A DNA stretch of 40,019 nucleotides from Armatimonadota bacterium (GTDB lineage: Bacteria; Armatimonadota; Hebobacteria; CAIYQO01). Each line of letters begins with the position of its first letter. Within the stretch, counting starts at the first letter, position 1. Below, piece after piece: positions 19,569 to 29,142 of the stretch. The DNA lies in the NCBI GenBank assembly GCA_038248345.1, contig JBBRXO010000013.1:1-40019 (forward strand), given 5' to 3'. The notes below the pieces were generated by a model. The model saw only the letters and a program-made list of their open reading frames with translations. It was not told the origin of the DNA and did no database searches. The position numbers and the translations under genes are program-made.

Positions 19569-19814
19569 ATGCAACAAAGTCGAGTACATGAAGGGATTGA
19601 CGTCTACGCGGCGTTTATCGGGGGGAAGATCGCCCCCCGTGCTTTCCGCTGGAGTGGGCGTACCTATAATATCGAGCACATACACCAGAATTGGACAGGG
19701 CGCAACGGCAATGTCATGCTCTACTACTTCGCCGTCACCTCCGGCGGTAACGCCTACAAACTCTGCCTCAATTCGCAGCAGATGGAGTGGATGCTGGAGG
19801 AGGTGTACGCATGA
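19569..19814 (+). CDS. small hypothetical protein, DUF6504-like
   Basis: P.AFRWSGRTY.I...W...YF.V...Y.L...W.L pattern; AAGGAG RBS. Confidence 0.65.
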   Translation: MQQSRVHEGIDVYAAFIGGKIAPRAFRWSGRTYNIEHIHQNWTGRNGNVMLYYFAVTSGGNAYKLCLNSQQMEWMLEEVYA

Positions 19815-19862
19815 CGCTGGCACATCTGCAGCTACCCCTCCCTTACCTATTTACTGATACAA

Positions 19863-20777
19863 TTATTCCGCCATCAACTCCTCGATCGCCCGGCGGCTGG
19901 GCATTGCTGTTTGTGCGCCTTTCTTAGTTGTCGATAACGCGGCCGCCGCGGCGGCCAGGAGTACTGCGTGATTCATCGGCCATCCTTCCGCCAGCGCAAC
20001 GCCCAATGATGCACTGAAACAATCTCCTGCGCCAACTGTGTCAATCGTCTCTACGGAGAACGCGGGTACATCATGTTCGCCCTCCATATTGTACACTGTC
20101 GCGCCACTACTACCGTTGGTTACCACTAGCGTCTCCGGCCCACTCGATAATACCATCATCGCGGCCTTATCCAACTGTGCCATATCAGGAGCCAATCCTA
20201 ACAGCTCACCGGCATTGGGGGTGAGGATATCAACATAGCGTAATAGTTCACTGGGTAATCCACCTTCCGGCATCGGGGCCGGATTTAGTAGTACATTGCT
20301 CCCTGCTTTTTTTGCCAGGCGGGCCGCCGTCAATACCGTCTCGTAGGGGATCTCCAATTGAATAATGACCTGTTTCGCTCCGGTGAAAGCATCGGCTGCC
20401 GCCTCAATATCCTCCGGTGTCAACAACGAATTCGCTCCCGGCGCTACTGCAATGATATTCTCACCCTGCTCATCTACTAATATCAATGCCACTCCCGATG
20501 AGCTGCCCGCTTTGGTGACAATATAACTTGTGTCGATTCCTTCTGCACTAAAACGCTTGATGCTCTCCTGTCCGAAGGAATCATCACCGACCGCCGTAAT
20601 AAAGGTCACTGCCCCGCCCGCGCGTTGTGCCGCCACCGCCTGGTTGGCTCCCTTGCCTCCGGGCGTCATGCGGAACTCGCCACCAAGCACTGTCTCTCCC
20701 CGTGCAGGTATCTTAGGGGTATTTACCACCATGTCTGTATTGGTCGAACCAACAACTACAATCTTTGGGCGCGCCAT
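19863..20777 (-). CDS. rbsK: ribokinase
   Basis: VVGSTNTD, PGGKGANQAVAA and DTVGAGDCF motifs; start MARPK with a GGAGG RBS. Confidence 0.92.
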   Translation of the reverse strand: MARPKIVVVGSTNTDMVVNTPKIPARGETVLGGEFRMTPGGKGANQAVAAQRAGGAVTFITAVGDDSFGQESIKRFSAEGIDTSYIVTKAGSSSGVALILVDEQGENIIAVAPGANSLLTPEDIEAAADAFTGAKQVIIQLEIPYETVLTAARLAKKAGSNVLLNPAPMPEGGLPSELLRYVDILTPNAGELLGLAPDMAQLDKAAMMVLSSGPETLVVTNGSSGATVYNMEGEHDVPAFSVETIDTVGAGDCFSASLGVALAEGWPMNHAVLLAAAAAALSTTKKGAQTAMPSRRAIEELMAE

Positions 20778-20837
20778 AAATTCATCCTCCGATATGATGA
20801 TAATTCGATATAAGATTGCGAATTCCTGCAATTTGTA

Positions 20838-20866
20838 TTGACAACACTCCCCCCAACAGTTACCAT
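20838..20866 (+). promoter_or_regulatory. promoter of the riboswitch-pduO-btuB unit
   Basis: TTGACA-17-TACCAT. Confidence 0.6.
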
Positions 20867-20891
20867 AATCGAACAAGTTAATAGTTGCCAG

Positions 20892-21067
20892 TCAAGTTTA
20901 TGGGAAGCCGGTGTGAGTCCGGCGCTGCCCCGCAACTGTAACCGCTGACGAATCCAGCATATTGCCACTATCCGCAATGAGGATGGGAAGGCGCTGGAGG
21001 AGGATGACGCGGAAGCCAGGAGACCGGGCTTGATGGGAGAATGACACCACTTCGCGGGAACGTGGTA
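20892..21067 (+). ncRNA. cobalamin riboswitch
   Basis: GGGAAGCCGGTGTGAGTCCGGCGCTGCCCCGCAACTGTAA...GCCACT...GGGAAGG...AGCCAGGAGACC; P13 loop GCGGG complementary to L5 CCCGC. Confidence 0.95.
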
Positions 21068-21091
21068 CGGACGTATTATAATGTCTGCACT

Positions 21092-21125
21092 ACACCTTTG
21101 CCGAACCTGGCATAGGTGTTTTTTT
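21092..21125 (+). terminator. riboswitch expression-platform terminator
   Basis: ACACCT-TTGCC...GGCA-TAGGTGT followed by a T run. Confidence 0.75.
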
Positions 21126-21163
21126 ATGACTGATGACGTGCGTGCCACCGGTGAGGTCTTATT

Positions 21164-21685
21164 ATGTTATACACCGGTAATGGAGACGCGGGTTACACCA
21201 ATGTCATTGGTGGCTCGCATATAAGCAAATGCGATGTCCGGCTGGAAGCGCTGGGCGCTCTCGATGAAGCGCAGGCACAGCTGGGCGTAGTGCGGGCGAT
21301 GTTGCCCGATACCCCATTTGCGGAAAGCATTCGGCGCGTCGGGCAGGACATGCATCTGCTCATGGGCGAATGCGCGACTATACCTCAACGTGGCGTAACC
21401 ACTACCTATATCACCCCTGCACAATTATCACGTTTGGAAGATGAACTACGTGCATGGGAAGAACGATTATCTTCCTTCAGCGGCTTTACCGTACCCGGGG
21501 AGACAGTGCCCGGAGCCCATTTACACGTTGCCCGCACTGTGGTTCGCCGTGCCGAGCGCTGCGTAGCCGCACTTTACCTCGGTATAGAAGATGAGCACAG
21601 CATGTTGTTCAGTTATCTCAACCGCCTCTCGTCGTGGCTTTACATACTGGCACAACTACTGGAGAAAACACCTAATCAATCCTGA
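21164..21685 (+). CDS. pduO: ATP:cob(I)alamin adenosyltransferase, PduO type
   Basis: YTGNGDAGYT, GALDE, ARTVVRRAER and YLNRLSS motifs. Confidence 0.92.
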   Translation: MLYTGNGDAGYTNVIGGSHISKCDVRLEALGALDEAQAQLGVVRAMLPDTPFAESIRRVGQDMHLLMGECATIPQRGVTTTYITPAQLSRLEDELRAWEERLSSFSGFTVPGETVPGAHLHVARTVVRRAERCVAALYLGIEDEHSMLFSYLNRLSSWLYILAQLLEKTPNQS

Positions 21686-21714
21686 TTGCACAATCAAAAA
21701 AGAGGAGTTTACCC

Positions 21715-23577
21715 ATGAATCGTCGTTTTTCCCTATTGGGAACTGTTGCCCTGCTCGCACTGACCTTACCGATTGTGCGCGCTGTTGATGTTCCTACCGA
21801 TCCTAATACGGACCCGGTGAATGTCATCGTTTCTGCCGAGGCTCACCCGCAACTGCAGAGTGAGTCTATCGCCAGTTCTACTATCATCACTGCGCATGAT
21901 CTGGAAGTTCAAGGAGCAAAGACTGTAGCTGATGCGTTGCGTATCGTACCTGGTGTTACCATCGTACAGAGTGGACAAGAAGGATCGTTATCCCAGGTAC
22001 AAATCCGTGGTACCAAGTCTTATCAGACGCTGGTGCTTATTGATGGCCTGCGCATATCATCACCTGCCTTTATAGGGATGGACCTATCCAAATTCCCCGT
22101 CTCGAATATCTCACGCATTGAGATTATTCGCGGGCCAGTATCCAGCCTCTATGGCTCCGATGCTTTCGGTGGCGTGATAAATATTATCACCAAGCGCCCA
22201 GTCGGTACCGGCGGCGGCGCTACGTTAAGCGTGGGTAGCCATGGCCGCACCGAGCGTTCTTTCGATATAAGCGATGGTAATGACAAAATTGCCTGGCAGT
22301 TCAATGCGTCCGCTCCCGGATTTAACGGTGAACGTCCTAATAGTGACTTTGTAGCTGCTGATTACACCGGGAAAATCCAATTTTCCAAGGTCAGTGGTTG
22401 GGATTTCACACTTCACGCTGAACATTATAATGACGCTCTCGGTGTAGCCGGGTCCGTCAACATGGTACCTGGTGATGAGCGACAGTGGTGGCAACGTGAT
22501 GATCTTTCCTTCACTGCGACACGAGCATTGGACAATGGCATGTTAACCATCAATGCACACCGATTGCTTCAGTCAACCAAAGATCAAGCTACTACCCCTT
22601 ACGCCTATACCTCGAGCTATCAGGGTAATACCTACGATGGCAATATCCGTTATGCACGCAATGTAGGAGCACATCAGCTTGTTGTCGGTGTGGAGACACG
22701 TACTGATACCTATCGTGACTTAGAGTCATCGGGTGGAAGTGTAGATAATAAGATCAATAACCGCGCCTTCTTCGTAGAAGATCGCTGGGCATTGGCAAAG
22801 GACACCTCACTCTTAGTAGGGGCACGCCAGGATCAGCATTCCTTCGCCGGAGTACATCTAACTCCTCGAATTGGCATCTCCCACAATGTAGGTGATGGCC
22901 TGACCGTGCGTTCTTCTTACTCGGAAGGTTTCCGATCTCCGAACTTCTCCGAACTGTACGGCAATTCACTCTACTATATTGTCGGCAACCCTGATCTGAA
23001 GCCAGAAACATCACATGCCTTTGAGATTGGCGCAACCCTGGAGCAGAAAAGTGATAGTTATGATGTTGCTCTCTTCTCAAATCGTGTCTTCGATCAAATA
23101 ACTCCTGTAGCGAATAGCTATCAGAATATCGCCCATGTTCAACAGCAGGGTGCAGAATTGAGCTGGAACCATGTCATAAACAACGAGTGGAAAACCGGCA
23201 TGAGCTATAGCTACCTCGAAGCAAATAATGCCGATACGGGTGCCCGCTTGCCTCGCCTGGCACATAACAAAGTGAGCATGAATATTACCGGATCTGTAGC
23301 CAAGGTTTGGAACACCACATTAAGCGGACGCTACACTGATGGACGCCCGGATATCTCCTTTAAGAGCGACTATACGTCGACCATTGTTACACTGCCAGCC
23401 CGTGCAGTCTTTGATCTCAATATCAACCGAAGCCGTTTCGCGTTAGACAAAGAAAGCAAGTTGATGATGAGTCCATACTTGATGATCCGCAATATCGCTA
23501 ATACACCCGGCGAAGAGATTGCAGATTATCCGGCAGAAAGCCGTAGCGCTGAAGTTGGTGTACGCTTGTACTGGTAA
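21715..23577 (+). CDS. btuB: TonB-dependent cobalamin receptor (BtuB-like)
   Basis: Signal peptide, plug motifs (LIDG, IEIIRGPVSSLYGSDAFGGVINIIT), GNPDLKPE, C-terminal aromatic residue; downstream of a B12 riboswitch. Confidence 0.85.
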   Translation: MNRRFSLLGTVALLALTLPIVRAVDVPTDPNTDPVNVIVSAEAHPQLQSESIASSTIITAHDLEVQGAKTVADALRIVPGVTIVQSGQEGSLSQVQIRGTKSYQTLVLIDGLRISSPAFIGMDLSKFPVSNISRIEIIRGPVSSLYGSDAFGGVINIITKRPVGTGGGATLSVGSHGRTERSFDISDGNDKIAWQFNASAPGFNGERPNSDFVAADYTGKIQFSKVSGWDFTLHAEHYNDALGVAGSVNMVPGDERQWWQRDDLSFTATRALDNGMLTINAHRLLQSTKDQATTPYAYTSSYQGNTYDGNIRYARNVGAHQLVVGVETRTDTYRDLESSGGSVDNKINNRAFFVEDRWALAKDTSLLVGARQDQHSFAGVHLTPRIGISHNVGDGLTVRSSYSEGFRSPNFSELYGNSLYYIVGNPDLKPETSHAFEIGATLEQKSDSYDVALFSNRVFDQITPVANSYQNIAHVQQQGAELSWNHVINNEWKTGMSYSYLEANNADTGARLPRLAHNKVSMNITGSVAKVWNTTLSGRYTDGRPDISFKSDYTSTIVTLPARAVFDLNINRSRFALDKESKLMMSPYLMIRNIANTPGEEIADYPAESRSAEVGVRLYW

Positions 23578-23656
23578 TCCTGGTAATATGGTCTATAATA
23601 CTAGTTAGCCTGCCCTACCGCTATGACGGAAGGGCAGGCAAAAGGAATACAATATT

Positions 23657-25057
23657 TTGTTCAGTCGTCTCATAACACATTGGAGCTGGCCTTTTGTAGT
23701 ATCACTCATGATCAACACCGTGATACTTTTCGTATTTACCCGCCTGACTATCATCGAAGCGGCTCCGGCGGAACGTCGCGTTTTACTGGAATTCCTTCCC
23801 GATATCATTCAGCCCCCCCCCACCCCTCCTGATGAGTTAGAAAAGAAATCAAAGAAAAATATTCCGCCGGCGATCGTAAAAATCCCCGTGCAGGAGCAGC
23901 TAGCCTTCGACTTGTTAAAAGTAAAACCTAAAGACCTACTGCCTCCGCAACCGGATAAAACAAAGCTAGAACCGCCGAAGATTGATTTCACTAAAAAACC
24001 AGATGAGATAATTGAAGAAAACGGGATGATGAAGTTCCCGGCCATCGGCTCTAAAAATCCTACAAAAGGCGGCGCGCAGGATAACTCTCTGCTTGACCCC
24101 GACATGAATAATGAATGGAATTCCCCATCACCATCCGGATCACCACAAGTAGCGATGATGCTACAGATTAAGACCGGCAATTTGCGCGATGGTGGTGGTT
24201 TCCCACTGGGTGCAGCTGGTGGCTCTTCTCCGTCGCGCAATGATAATGGTGGCGGCCAATCAATAGCAGACTTAAATCTACCACGAATGATTACAAGCCC
24301 GACTGGCGAGGGAGGGTTTTTCTTTCCCGGTCAACCAAGCGGCGTGGGCAATGGTGGGGGTATACCAGGTATAGATAGACAATCACCTTCTGCAGGCGGG
24401 GAATTGCCTGGGGATAGTGGTAAAGGGCCTGGAAATGGTGGCCCGGGAAGTGAGTCACCCATACGACCTCCTTTGGATGACTCTGGAGGTCCAGGTAATC
24501 ATCCTGAAGTCACAGGATTGGGCGGGGATGATCCACGGACCAAATTTGGTATTGATGGTGCCGGTGGCCCCTACAACTCAACCGGGTCAGGTGGCTTATT
24601 TGGGCAGATAGATCATGGTGCAAAAAATGACGCTCCGTTCAACAGCAATGCGCCTAATCATGGCTTACCACCGTTGATCCGGCGGCATATTGGACCACCC
24701 GGTGGCGGCGGCACTGACCACAAAGGTTCAGGCATCGGCAGTACCGGAGGCAAGCCGAAACTCTTCAAGTGGCTAGGCGAGTATCCTTCGGAAGCGCTTA
24801 TGCAAAACGTACAGGGAGATGTGGATACCAATGTCACTTTCGATGAGCATGGCAAAGTTGTTGCCAATAGTGTATCGATAACCGATTGGAAAGATAAAAA
24901 TGGAAATGCTGATCCGCGGGTGAAGAAGCTGTTGGGCAAAGCGGTGCGTGATAAAGTGCTCACTATTGTGTTATCGTCGGATGAAATACCCTACTTTGAC
25001 GGGGAACCGATGAAGAAAACAATCTACTACCGGTTCCAATTCCGTATCAAATGGTAA
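23657..25057 (+). CDS. TonB-like energy transducer with a long Gly/Pro-rich linker
   Basis: N-terminal TM, Pro/Lys and Gly-rich linker, C-terminal YPSEA...VQGDV...FDEHGKV resembling TonB_C. Confidence 0.6.
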   Translation: MFSRLITHWSWPFVVSLMINTVILFVFTRLTIIEAAPAERRVLLEFLPDIIQPPPTPPDELEKKSKKNIPPAIVKIPVQEQLAFDLLKVKPKDLLPPQPDKTKLEPPKIDFTKKPDEIIEENGMMKFPAIGSKNPTKGGAQDNSLLDPDMNNEWNSPSPSGSPQVAMMLQIKTGNLRDGGGFPLGAAGGSSPSRNDNGGGQSIADLNLPRMITSPTGEGGFFFPGQPSGVGNGGGIPGIDRQSPSAGGELPGDSGKGPGNGGPGSESPIRPPLDDSGGPGNHPEVTGLGGDDPRTKFGIDGAGGPYNSTGSGGLFGQIDHGAKNDAPFNSNAPNHGLPPLIRRHIGPPGGGGTDHKGSGIGSTGGKPKLFKWLGEYPSEALMQNVQGDVDTNVTFDEHGKVVANSVSITDWKDKNGNADPRVKKLLGKAVRDKVLTIVLSSDEIPYFDGEPMKKTIYYRFQFRIKW

Positions 25058-25061
25058 TTTC

Positions 25062-26063
25062 TCACACTCGTTGCCGCTGTAGCAGATAGAGAAAAAACGG
25101 GCAACCAAGTGCGCTGGTTACAATTCCAATGGGCACCTCGGCGCCGGGTATAATAAGCTGCGCCAGCACGTCGGCCCAGATGAGTAACAATCCACCACCG
25201 AGAATACAGGCGGGTATCAGTTGACGATGATTCGGCCCCACCAACAGACGCATCAGGTGGGGTACTATCAAGCCAATGAAGGCGATAACTCCACTCACTG
25301 CTACCGCAGCCGCAGCCAACATTGAAGCTATCACTAGCATCAGTACGCGTGTGCGCTCCAGATTAACCCCCAGGTGGTGCGCCGTTTCGTCACCCAAAGC
25401 CAAGATGTTCAACTCGCGGCGCCACAATACCGCCACCGTTACTCCGATAAAGGTGTAAGGCAATAAAGAGATAACTGCCGCCCAGTCCCGATTGGCCAAA
25501 CTACCCATCAGCCACATTATCACCATGCGCATATCGTCAGGCCGCCATTGCATCAGCAGTAATGAAGTGATGGCGCTCATCAAACCACCGATAGCGATAC
25601 CCGTAAGGAGAAGAGTGCCGATGGGCACGCGCCCGTTGCGGCGCGAGAGGGTGTAAACGAGGGCGGTGACCGCGACTGCGCCGATGAAGGCGAAGAAGGA
25701 GCGGGTCGCGAATCCCAAGGTAACAGACAGCACCGCCCCCAGCGCCGCTCCACTGGAGACGCCCACGATATATGGATCGGCCATGGGATTATGGAAGAGT
25801 GACTGCATCAGTGCCCCAGCCACCGCCAATGAAGCTCCCACCAACAACGCCAACGCGATGCGCGGCAAACGAATCTGCCAGACGATTAAATCAAGCATCT
25901 CGGAGGTGGACATGGGGCCGCCCAGATGATGCCAGAGCACCCGCGGCACATCACCCGGACGTACAGCGGCGCTCCCACCAATGCCGGTGGCAAATATGGC
26001 GCTGATTACCAGCAATACCCCTAGTGAGATGAGGATGAGCGAAATCCGACGCTGGCTGATCAT
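25062..26063 (-). CDS. btuC: cobalamin ABC transporter permease (FecCD/BtuC)
   Basis: IRLPR, NPMADPYIVGVSSGA, LGDETA..LGV and GLIVPH motifs. Confidence 0.9.
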   Translation of the reverse strand: MISQRRISLILISLGVLLVISAIFATGIGGSAAVRPGDVPRVLWHHLGGPMSTSEMLDLIVWQIRLPRIALALLVGASLAVAGALMQSLFHNPMADPYIVGVSSGAALGAVLSVTLGFATRSFFAFIGAVAVTALVYTLSRRNGRVPIGTLLLTGIAIGGLMSAITSLLLMQWRPDDMRMVIMWLMGSLANRDWAAVISLLPYTFIGVTVAVLWRRELNILALGDETAHHLGVNLERTRVLMLVIASMLAAAAVAVSGVIAFIGLIVPHLMRLLVGPNHRQLIPACILGGGLLLIWADVLAQLIIPGAEVPIGIVTSALGCPFFLYLLQRQRV

Positions 26064-26875
26064 AAAAGATCCTCCTGCGGGGGCGAAGCCCGGTTCAACA
26101 GTACCACTGGTTGCCCGCTGTAGGGGTTGTCCTGCACACTCACCAGCGTACCGTAGACCTCTCGCAGGTTTTGCTCGGTAACGACCTCATGTGGGCTGCC
26201 GATGGCATATACCTGTCCAACCGAAAAGAGCGCGACGCGGCTGCAATACTCCGCCGCCAGATTCAGATCGTGCGAGATGCAGAGTATGGCTAATCCCTGC
26301 TGACGGCTGAGGGTAACTAACAGCTCGAAGGTGGCCATTTGATGGCCGATATCCAGATGCGCGGTAGGTTCGTCGAGCAGGAGCACCTCCGGTTGTTGCG
26401 CCAGCGCGCGGGCTATTACCACCCGTTGTAACTCGCCGGAGCTTAAGGTGTCGATAGCGCGCTCGGAGAGGTGGGAGAGGTCTGCCAGCGCCAACGCCTC
26501 GGTGATCGCCTGTATATCGGTCTCCCCCGGAGTGGCGAAGCGCCCCAGATGCGGGTGACGCCCCATGGCGACTACCTCGCGCACCGAGAAAGCGAAGGTA
26601 GGCACACTCACGGCAGGGACCACCGCCAGCCGGCGCGCCAGCGCGCGCGTGGAGATGCCGGCAACATCTTCACCGGCAAAATATACGTGTCCGCTACGAA
26701 TAGGCAAAAGGCCGGTGAGGGTGCGAATTAGCGTACTTTTGCCACTGCCATTCGGGCCAATTACCCCAAGGAATTCGCCCGGACGCAGAACCAGGGTGAC
26801 GCCATGTAACACATCGCGTTCATCATAGCCCGCCACGACTGCGTCCGCCACCAGAATCGAAGCGACTTCGCTCAT
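26060..26875 (-). CDS. btuD: cobalamin ABC transporter ATPase
   Basis: GPNGSGKST, LSSGE, LLLDEPTAHLD and SHDLN motifs. Confidence 0.88.
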   Translation of the reverse strand: MSEVASILVADAVVAGYDERDVLHGVTLVLRPGEFLGVIGPNGSGKSTLIRTLTGLLPIRSGHVYFAGEDVAGISTRALARRLAVVPAVSVPTFAFSVREVVAMGRHPHLGRFATPGETDIQAITEALALADLSHLSERAIDTLSSGELQRVVIARALAQQPEVLLLDEPTAHLDIGHQMATFELLVTLSRQQGLAILCISHDLNLAAEYCSRVALFSVGQVYAIGSPHEVVTEQNLREVYGTLVSVQDNPYSGQPVVLLNRASPPQEDLL

Positions 26876-27870
26876 TTCTTCTCCGCAATAGGGAACAAGT
26901 CTGGATGTAATGCGGCGGCCAATTGTTGCAGGGCAATCCCCTGGCGCGGGCTGCCGGGACGCAAGATGAGGTCATCTTCTACTACCACCACGCGGTTATT
27001 TTTCACGGCGGACATGTTCGCCCAACGCTCATCAGCTCGGAGTGTTGCCAGAGCTTTCTCGGCAGTCAGCTCATCAGGCGTTCCTTTAGCGGCCAGCAGT
27101 ACTATTACTTGCGGGTCATCAGCTACGATCTTCTCCAGCGACAACTTCGGCCAGGCAGTTTGCACATTAGTGGCGATATTTTTACCACCAGCCAGGGTTA
27201 TTAGCTGGTCTATATGGCTCCCCGGTCCGGCGCTGAAAAGGTCTTCTCCTAAGGCGAAAAGGTAGAGCGTACGGGGGAGTTTATCGGCAGGTAATCCTTT
27301 CACCTTATCGGTAACGGCGGTGCGCTGTTCCTGTAAGGTTTGCACCAGCTTTTCGGCGGCAGGCGACTCTCCTACCACCTGTCCGACCAGTTGAATCGTT
27401 TTGATTGTGCTGTCAAAATCTGTTGGGTCAACAGCCACTAACGGCATAGCTAGCTTGTGCATCTGCTCCAACGTGTCCTTCATGTTGCCGCGCATACCGA
27501 TAATCAAATCGGGCTTCAACTCGACGATCTTCTCAATACTAGGGTCAAGGTAACCGCCGACGTGCGGCAATTTCTTCGCTTCCTCGGGGTAGTCGCAAAA
27601 GGTGGTGTCGGCGATGACATACTTGCCGCGACCCAGCGCGAAGAGCGTCTCGGTTACTGCCGGAGCGAGGGAGATTATGTGTTGCGGCTGGTAAGGGATC
27701 TTCACCTGTTCACCAAAGACATCGGTGATGGTGAGGGGGAAGGCATCGGGGCCGCGCACGGCCGCAATTTTATTCACATGGCGTCGTTGCCCCACTACAC
27801 CCATCACCAGAAACAGTCCCACCAGAAGCACCGCCAGTGCAGCCACAAATGCTACCATACTTGCTTTCAT
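26872..27870 (-). CDS. btuF: cobalamin ABC transporter substrate-binding protein
   Basis: IISLAPAVTETLFALG, CDYP and EKIVELKPDL motifs; first gene after a B12 riboswitch. Confidence 0.88.
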   Translation of the reverse strand: MKASMVAFVAALAVLLVGLFLVMGVVGQRRHVNKIAAVRGPDAFPLTITDVFGEQVKIPYQPQHIISLAPAVTETLFALGRGKYVIADTTFCDYPEEAKKLPHVGGYLDPSIEKIVELKPDLIIGMRGNMKDTLEQMHKLAMPLVAVDPTDFDSTIKTIQLVGQVVGESPAAEKLVQTLQEQRTAVTDKVKGLPADKLPRTLYLFALGEDLFSAGPGSHIDQLITLAGGKNIATNVQTAWPKLSLEKIVADDPQVIVLLAAKGTPDELTAEKALATLRADERWANMSAVKNNRVVVVEDDLILRPGSPRQGIALQQLAAALHPDLFPIAEKK

Positions 27871-27890
27871 CAGCTTTTACCTCTCATCAT

Positions 27891-27927
27891 AAAAAAAACC
27901 CTGGCTACCCGTAATGGGGGCCAGGGT
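27891..27927 (-). terminator. riboswitch expression-platform terminator
   Basis: ACCCTGGC...GCCAGGGT followed by a T run on the minus strand. Confidence 0.75.
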
Positions 27928-27943
27928 GTCATTAAAAGTTCCC

Positions 27944-28112
27944 TACCCCATGCGCGTGGGTGATTGCAGTAGCAGGCGTGGACGGTATCCTGGCTTTCGC
28001 TTCATCCTCCTACCACGCCTTCCCACCCCTTGCAGGGCAGTGGCACATGCGGTAGTCGTCAGCGATTACAGTTGCGCGACAGCGACGGATTCACACCGCC
28101 TTCCCAGTCCAC
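27944..28112 (-). ncRNA. cobalamin riboswitch
   Basis: Minus strand GTGGAC-TGGGAAGGCGGTGTGAATCCGTCGCTGTCGCGCAACTGTAA...GCCACTG...GGGAAGG...AGCCAGGATACC-GTCCAC. Confidence 0.95.
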
Positions 28113-28172
28113 CCGACTTATTCAATTATGCTACTAGAGTAACAATCATCAATGATTGCGTCAAATATACAG

Positions 28173-28634
28173 TTACGCCGCCTTCTCATGATAGATGAAA
28201 TGCTTGCGGCCGAGGTAATTCCAGAAGAATACCACCACTAAGGCGACAGTCTTCGCGCCCCACAGATTGTAGGGGTCATGCAGACCGAAGGTATCCAATT
28301 CGGGGCGCATGTAGATGACAATAACCTCGGTAAGGAAAAGGCCGATGCCCGCCACTACTGCCACCATGATAAATTCCACGCCGACATGGTGCTCGGTAGG
28401 TTTGAAGATCAGCAGCTTACGTGCCAGGACAAAATGCACCAGCGTGCCGAGGATGTAGCCGATTGCGATGGATATCCCCAACATCGCCTTGCTATCCGGC
28501 AAAGTTCTCACCATAATAGTGATCACCGCATAGTCCACCAGCGTGGCGATCACGCTGACCATACCGAAACGAACGATATGTAGCCCCAGCAGCATGCGTA
28601 ACAAACCAATAAGGCCCTTGTTTTCGGGATTCAT
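28173..28634 (-). CDS. GtrA family protein
   Basis: VRFGMVSVIATLVD...AK..ALVVVFFWNYLGRK; upstream TTGACA-18-GATAAT at 28667-28696. Confidence 0.88.
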   Translation of the reverse strand: MNPENKGLIGLLRMLLGLHIVRFGMVSVIATLVDYAVITIMVRTLPDSKAMLGISIAIGYILGTLVHFVLARKLLIFKPTEHHVGVEFIMVAVVAGIGLFLTEVIVIYMRPELDTFGLHDPYNLWGAKTVALVVVFFWNYLGRKHFIYHEKAA

Positions 28635-28765
28635 GGGCGGTAGTCATCCTATGCTTTAACCATCACATTATCGCCTGATTACAGGGGTAATGTCAAATAA
28701 TTTGCGGCGCAGTGTAATTATCAGTAGGTGAAAACACTTACTGATAAATGACAAAAAATTAACAC

Positions 28766-29133
28766 TGGGAGCGCACGCATCCTGCGTGCTCCGTTAGTAC
28801 GTAACAAGAGCACTCTGGAAGCCGTGCGGTTCCAGTGAGTGTTTGCCCTTCAGGCAAAGGTTAGGGCGGTCGTGGGTAATGAATTAACACCACCTCCTTC
28901 AGGGGGTGGTGCTAGGAATCGCGACCCCTTTCTCATGGGCGGGACGCCTGCGTACCCAGGGATTAACCGCGCCCGCTGTGGCGCACTCTTGTCAGCAAAT
29001 ACGCGCCACGGCGGGCGGATTTATTACTACAATACGCGCCACAGCGGGCGCGGGCTACAGGTTATGCGCTATCTTGCCGTTCTCATGGGCGGGACGCCCA
29101 TGCTACGGGGCATGCTGGAAGCGTGCGGTCCTA
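28766..29133. repeat. composite REP-like cluster A
   Basis: Several palindrome families (see findings), with units shared with 10837-10926 and 39473-39642. Confidence 0.8.
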
Positions 29134-29142
29134 GCGGGGATG

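Noticed and set aside
28766..29133. Possible CRISPR array, and ORFs 28839-29183 and 28906-29247
   Set aside because: The repeats are heterogeneous, inverted and irregularly spaced, with no cas genes; the ORFs are translations of palindromic repeats
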